Assembly: GCA_965230045.1 (NCBI GenBank)
Contig: OZ245940.1
Coordinates: 1,847,590-1,911,589 of the forward strand
Length of the DNA stretch: 64,000 nucleotides
Direction of reading: 5' to 3'
DNA from: Bacteroidales bacterium
Lineage (GTDB): Bacteria > Bacteroidota > Bacteroidia > Bacteroidales > WRLA01
The number at the start of each line of letters is the position of its first letter. The stretch's first letter is position 1. The notes under the pieces were generated by a model. The model was not told where the DNA came from and did no database searches. It saw nothing but the letters and a program-made list of their open reading frames with translations. Positions 59,461 through 64,000 of this stretch are shown piece after piece. The position numbers and the translations under genes are program-made.

Positions 59461-59496
59461 AAAAAGTCCCTGCTCATTTTTTTGAACAGGGACTTT
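59461..59496 (-). terminator. Terminator after DUF4412-like gene
   Basis: AAAGTCCCTG / CAGGGACTTT stem. Confidence 0.7.
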
Positions 59497-59518
59497 GCAT
59501 GTCAGGCTTAATTTGGTT

Positions 59519-60304
59519 TTATTCCATTTGCATCATCATTTGCGACATTTCTTCGGTCGTCATTTTTTTGTAGCCTGAAGGTACGTTCATGATTTCAGAG
59601 GAAATATTGGTTTTTTCAGCAGATTTAACTGTGCTCATTGTGGTTTCCATCCCGCCTGTATATTCAATAGTTTTCATTGGATATCCTTTTTGGATGATTT
59701 TCATCACATCATCCGACAGGTCATAATTGTCCTCAGCATTATCAGAACCTCCTGCTATACTTTTTAGCTGGTTAGCCAATTTTTGAAATTTGTGTACATC
59801 AATTTCGGAAGTAATTTGTACATCCTTTGCCAGGGCTTGTTTTTCTTTAAGCTGCCCATTAACGTAAATCTCATACCAGGTAGTTTTGTAACCGGCGATT
59901 TCGGGGCCTGCACCGGCCTCTTTTACATCAACATCCGGCAGCTTGATATCTCCTTTTTGGCTTTTTTCCATGGCTGTGATGGAAGCCTGGATCATTGGTT
60001 TATATTCTTCCGGCATTTGCGCCATAGCTGCTTTCATGCCATCAATCGCTGCCTGGATCATTTCTTTAGGTGTGCCTTCCCAATAAGCTTGCTGTGCGTC
60101 AAAACACATTTTGAGCGTACCTTTGGAAACATCAAATATCATTTTTTGGCCTCCATCCTGAAATTCAACAATTTTATTGTCCTGAAAATAGATTTTGGAA
60201 TTAGCGCCGTCATCTTCCTCAGTGATGACCCATCCGGCGAAAGAGGGCATTGCTACGGCCATAATGATTACGACCATAAGGATTTGTTTCAATTTTAAAA
60301 TCAT
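59519..60304 (-). CDS. Secreted DUF4412-like protein
   Basis: Signal peptide ending SFA|G; IAGYKTTWY, GYPMK, VPSGYKKM. Confidence 0.65.
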   Translation of the reverse strand: MILKLKQILMVVIIMAVAMPSFAGWVITEEDDGANSKIYFQDNKIVEFQDGGQKMIFDVSKGTLKMCFDAQQAYWEGTPKEMIQAAIDGMKAAMAQMPEEYKPMIQASITAMEKSQKGDIKLPDVDVKEAGAGPEIAGYKTTWYEIYVNGQLKEKQALAKDVQITSEIDVHKFQKLANQLKSIAGGSDNAEDNYDLSDDVMKIIQKGYPMKTIEYTGGMETTMSTVKSAEKTNISSEIMNVPSGYKKMTTEEMSQMMMQME

Positions 60305-60469
60305 AAGTTGTTGTTTTTGATTGCTAAAAATTATGTTAGTTCGGGCAAATATAAAAGATTTTTGTACAGAAAGTGAGTGATAATTAAAGGATAGATGGAT
60401 TTTTTGACTTGTTTTTTGTTTTGATCGAAAAAAAGAATGCCAATGTTTAGGATGCAATGAAAAAAACTA

Positions 60470-60477
60470 TATTTTTG
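60470..60477 (+). promoter_or_regulatory. -7 promoter element TATTTTTG
   Basis: TAnnTTTG consensus 20 bp upstream of ATG 60498. Confidence 0.6.
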
Positions 60478-60497
60478 CAGCCTTTAAAAATGAGATT

Positions 60498-61181
60498 ATG
60501 GCGAAGAAGAAAGATACTACTGAAGAGAATTTGATGGCTGTTGAAGAAGCCCTGAGTAAGTCAGAGATTTTTATTGAAAAACATCAAAAGAGCATCCTTA
60601 TTGTTCTGGGAACTATTGTTATTGTTGTCCTGGCAGTGCTTGGATATCATAAGTTTATCAAAGTACCTAACGAAATTGCAGCAGCCAATGAAATTTTTAT
60701 GGCACAGCGCTATTTCGAGCAGGATTCGCTCAGCCTTGCTTTGAACGGTGATGGTAATCACCTCGGATTCCTTGATATTATTGATGATTACAGTGGTACG
60801 CCCAGTGCAAACCTGGCGCAGTATTATGCAGGTATCTGTTATTTGAAATCCGGTGATTTCGAAACAGCAGTGGATTATCTGCGCAAGTTCAGTACAACCG
60901 ATGTTTTGGTTGGGCCAATGGGTATTGGCGCGATAGGCGATGCCTATATGGAGCTTGGCGATACCGACAAAGCTTCCAGCTACTATCTTGAAGCTGCAAA
61001 CCATAACGAAAATGAATTTACTACTCCGCTCTTCCTGATGAAAGCCGGTTGGGCTTTTGAAAAAAACGGAGAATACAGCAGGGCACTTAATGTTTATGAG
61101 CGTATTCAGAAAGATTATGCAAACAGCAATGAAGGACGCGGTATTGAGAAATATATTGCCCAGATGAAAGCAATGAAATAA
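60498..61181 (+). CDS. Membrane-anchored TPR protein (YfgM-like)
   Basis: Single TM then ALNGDG...GFLDII..YSGT..ANLA.YYAG and TPR helices. Confidence 0.85.
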   Translation: MAKKKDTTEENLMAVEEALSKSEIFIEKHQKSILIVLGTIVIVVLAVLGYHKFIKVPNEIAAANEIFMAQRYFEQDSLSLALNGDGNHLGFLDIIDDYSGTPSANLAQYYAGICYLKSGDFETAVDYLRKFSTTDVLVGPMGIGAIGDAYMELGDTDKASSYYLEAANHNENEFTTPLFLMKAGWAFEKNGEYSRALNVYERIQKDYANSNEGRGIEKYIAQMKAMK

Positions 61182-61201
61182 GCTGAAACAAATAAAAAAT
61201 G

Positions 61202-61234
61202 AAAAGCCTGGATTGTTGTCCGGGCTTTTTTTTT
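61202..61234 (+). terminator. Intrinsic terminator
   Basis: AGCCTGGA / TCCGGGCT stem followed by T run. Confidence 0.75.
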
Positions 61235-61399
61235 GAATGATTATTTGTTGATGCCTGATTATTTGAGTAGTTTGGCAGATTAAAAATTGAGAGGATAAAA
61301 CAAAGCATGGGTGAATAATTCGAAACGCGGTTCTTGCCCGATATAATTCCCTGTTTATGTGATGTTCTGTCCGCCATTTGAAAATTAAATAGTAATTGG

Positions 61400-62371
61400 A
61401 TGAAAAGTTTGAGAATAGTTTTTTTTGCAACGGCAGATTTTGCAGTTCCTTCTTTAAGTGCATTGGTCGAAAGCCGTCATGATATTCTTGCAGTAGTAAG
61501 CGCACCCGATAAACCTGCAGGCCGTGGAAAAAAGCTGCGTCAAAGTCCTGTGAAAGAATATGCCTTAAAAAAAAATATTAAGGTGCTGCAACCCGAAAAA
61601 TTGCGCGACGATACATTTTTGAATGAGCTGAAATCATTTGGTGCTGATCTTTTTGTTGTGGTTGCATTTCGGATGTTGCCTGAGCTTGTTTGGGATATGC
61701 CCCCAAAAGGGACTGTGAACCTTCATGCGAGCCTTTTGCCACAGTATCGGGGCGCGGCTCCCATAAACCATGCCATCCTGAATGGAGAAAAGGAAAGCGG
61801 TGTGAGCGTTTTTCAGCTGAGCCATACAATTGATACCGGAGATGTTATTTTGCGTGAGCGTGCGCCTATTCATGAAAATGATAATGCAGGAAGCCTTCAC
61901 GACAGGCTGATGTTTCTTGGGGCAAAAACGCTCTGTCGTGCCATCGATATGATGGCTGATGATAATTATACATTAACAGCACAGGGGAATTTCGACCCGG
62001 AAGTACAATTAAAGGAAGCCCCAAAAATATTCAAAGAAGATTGTTTGCTCGATTTTAATTTGCCGGCAAAAGATGTTCTTTTGAAAATCAGGGCGTTGGC
62101 TCCTTATCCTGCGGCCTTTTGCTATATTGAGTGTCCACAAAAAGGAAAACTTCAATTGAAAATATATGCAGCTTCTATACAGGAAGAAATGGGTGATTTT
62201 AGTAAAAAAGTTGGCAATATTATTACAGATGGTGAAAGATACATAAATATTATAACAGGAAAAGGGCTGATTGCGTTGAAAGAAGTACAGTTGCAAGGCA
62301 AAAAACGCTTGTCTGTATCTGACTTTTTAAGAGGGTTCAGGAATTTTTCTGGTTGCAGTATTCTGCTCTAA
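61400..62371 (+). CDS. fmt: Methionyl-tRNA formyltransferase
   Basis: PDKPAGRG, VVAFRMLP, NLHASLLPQYRGAAPI, APKI, LQGKKR. Confidence 0.97.
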   Translation: MKSLRIVFFATADFAVPSLSALVESRHDILAVVSAPDKPAGRGKKLRQSPVKEYALKKNIKVLQPEKLRDDTFLNELKSFGADLFVVVAFRMLPELVWDMPPKGTVNLHASLLPQYRGAAPINHAILNGEKESGVSVFQLSHTIDTGDVILRERAPIHENDNAGSLHDRLMFLGAKTLCRAIDMMADDNYTLTAQGNFDPEVQLKEAPKIFKEDCLLDFNLPAKDVLLKIRALAPYPAAFCYIECPQKGKLQLKIYAASIQEEMGDFSKKVGNIITDGERYINIITGKGLIALKEVQLQGKKRLSVSDFLRGFRNFSGCSILL

Positions 62372-62474
62372 AGCAAAAAAAATGCCACTATATGCTTTTT
62401 TGAGAAATTGGCTTAAATATTGGCTTATGTGCAAAAAAAATCAGTCATTTACTTGCATTTTTGAATTTAAGGCT

Positions 62475-62482
62475 TATATTTG
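62475..62482 (+). promoter_or_regulatory. -7 promoter element TATATTTG for HU gene
   Basis: TAnnTTTG with upstream TTG near 62453. Confidence 0.65.
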
Positions 62483-62521
62483 CAAAGGTTTACTAAAAAT
62501 TAATAATCAAAACCGACAAAG

Positions 62522-62794
62522 ATGAATAAAGCACAATTGATCTCAAAAATGGCCGAAGTAAGCGGTTTGTCAAAAGCTGATGCAAAAAAAGCACTTGACG
62601 CTTTTATTGATGTTACTAAAGAAACAATCAAAGGAGAAGACAAAGTAACCCTTATTGGATTTGGAACTTTTTCAGTGACTACTCGTTCTGCTCGAATGGG
62701 CCGCAATCCCCGCGACAACAAGCCCATGCAGATACCTGCTAAAAAAGTAGTGAAATTTAAGCCCGGTAGTGACCTGATCGCTTCGGTTCAGTAG
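62522..62794 (+). CDS. hup: HU family DNA-binding protein
   Basis: MNKAQLI, VTLIGFGTF, GRNP, IPAKKVVKFKPG. Confidence 0.96.
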   Translation: MNKAQLISKMAEVSGLSKADAKKALDAFIDVTKETIKGEDKVTLIGFGTFSVTTRSARMGRNPRDNKPMQIPAKKVVKFKPGSDLIASVQ

Positions 62795-62812
62795 CTTGCA
62801 TTAAAATTATTG

Positions 62813-62847
62813 AAGCCCCGATTTTTAATAAAAAGCCGGGGTTTTTT
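62813..62847. terminator. Terminator between HU and recQ
   Basis: AAGCCCCG / CGGGGTTT stem with T run. Confidence 0.65.
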
Positions 62848-62953
62848 GTTTTCGCCTATATTGTTGCGTGCTGAGTTCAGCATGTTCGCCTGCGAGGTGT
62901 TTTTCCAAGCGCAGCCGAAGTGCATTCACTGGACAGAAACTATGTTTTTTGTA

Positions 62954-64000
62954 TTAGTCTTTTTTCCAAATATACCGCTTCTCCTTATCCAGCTCTACCT
63001 TATTATATTCAAGCAGGTATTGAACTACGCGGGCAATTTTATCCGGCTGGGTATTGGAGTGCATTTCTATAAGCTCTGTTAAGCTGTGGCTGTGTGCTTT
63101 GAGAATAGGCTTGATGTATTCAATGATCTGGTCAAATTCATAGCGGCTTAGCTCCGCCTTATTCCTGCTAAGGCAAACATCGCACTGGCCACAACGGTTA
63201 ATGTTGCTTTGTCCAAAATAGCTTATCAAAAGCATGCTGCGGCATTTATTGGTCGATTTCACATAATTAAGCACGGACGAAAGCCTCTGTTTTGCAGCCT
63301 CTTTTCGGTTTGCGTAATTTTCCGGGGAAAGACGAAAATTTTCTTTCCCCAAACGCTCTTTTATAAATACAATTTGTGGTGCGTTTTTCCGGGGCACATA
63401 GTCAATGATACCGATTTTGTGCAAATAGGCCAGTGTTTGTACAATCCTGTTCTTGTCCAAACCACTGATGCGTGCCAGGTCTTCCTCATTGATCCGGCCG
63501 TATTCAGTATATAAGCCCGAATATGTCCTTAAAAGCAGCTTGATAAATTTGTCGTACGATGGCGTTTCAACCTGAAAACGGTACAAATCCGTTTGGTTTA
63601 CCGTAATCAGGATTTTAGATGGCGTTTCCAGCGCATCCGAAAGCAAAATAAGCCCTTCCTTTTCGATGAATTTTAAAGCATTAAATGCTTCAATGGGTTT
63701 GAGTTCATAATTCCGGGCAAAATCTGCAATATCAAAATCATAGGAAAGGTTTTTGCCTCCTCCTACCGGGATGCTCAGGTAATTGCCCAAGGCGTGATAT
63801 ACCTTCGAAATGTATTCTCGGGAAGGAAATGATTGCTCAAAATTATGGGTGATGTTCAAAATATCCGATTGCTCATAAAGGATAACGGAATAGGATTTCT
63901 TCCCATCGCGCCCGCCGCGCCCTGCTTCCTGAAAATACGCCTCCAAACTGTCGGGCAAATCGAGGTGCACCACAAAACGCACATCCGGTTTATCGATGCC
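62954..64000 (-). CDS. recQ: RecQ-family helicase, C-terminal part (start beyond window)
   Basis: GIDKPDVRFVVH, YFQEAGRGGRDG (motif VI), CRS...YFG...CGQCDVC zinc site. Confidence 0.9.
   Translation of the reverse strand, partial: GIDKPDVRFVVHLDLPDSLEAYFQEAGRGGRDGKKSYSVILYEQSDILNITHNFEQSFPSREYISKVYHALGNYLSIPVGGGKNLSYDFDIADFARNYELKPIEAFNALKFIEKEGLILLSDALETPSKILITVNQTDLYRFQVETPSYDKFIKLLLRTYSGLYTEYGRINEEDLARISGLDKNRIVQTLAYLHKIGIIDYVPRKNAPQIVFIKERLGKENFRLSPENYANRKEAAKQRLSSVLNYVKSTNKCRSMLLISYFGQSNINRCGQCDVCLSRNKAELSRYEFDQIIEYIKPILKAHSHSLTELIEMHSNTQPDKIARVVQYLLEYNKVELDKEKRYIWKKD

Noticed and set aside
60561-61505. 314-aa minus-strand ORF
   Set aside because: Antisense shadow of the TPR gene and fmt, crossing a terminator; no motifs.
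62410-62425. Sigma54 -24/-12 promoter upstream of HU (TGGCTTAAATATTGGC)
   Set aside because: GG-to-GC spacing is one base off the consensus, and a standard -7 box explains the promoter.

Overview
Bacteroidota (Bacteroidales-like) chromosomal window, judged from TAnnTTTG promoters, T9SS C-terminal domains and the zapA-6S-rny order. From left to right: partial ccmF; mtnP; a glycogen operon (GH133, GT4, GH57 with a FliG-C-like tail, and a fused GT3 synthase-GT35 phosphorylase); a sigma54 regulator and TPR hybrid kinase; a 336-bp MITE with an 8-bp target duplication; galK; a GH172-like lipoprotein apparently lacking one catalytic Glu; a CAP/SPOR protein; a class I terpene-synthase-like gene; housekeeping and transport genes; a tandem array of three mosaic T9SS beta-propeller genes interrupted by an IS1380; a repeat-flanked AAA ATPase; an ABC pair; DUF5686/DUF4833; an S9 peptidase; an inositol-lipid cluster (MIPS, flippase-HAD fusion, CDP-alcohol transferase, ATP-grasp, TetR, NTP transferase); then fmt, HU and partial recQ. 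Best leads: an ATP-grasp protein with ITPK1-like motifs inside the inositol cluster, the mosaic T9SS array, and the FliG-C-like domain on a glycogen enzyme. All family calls come from motif recognition by eye; no database searches were run.
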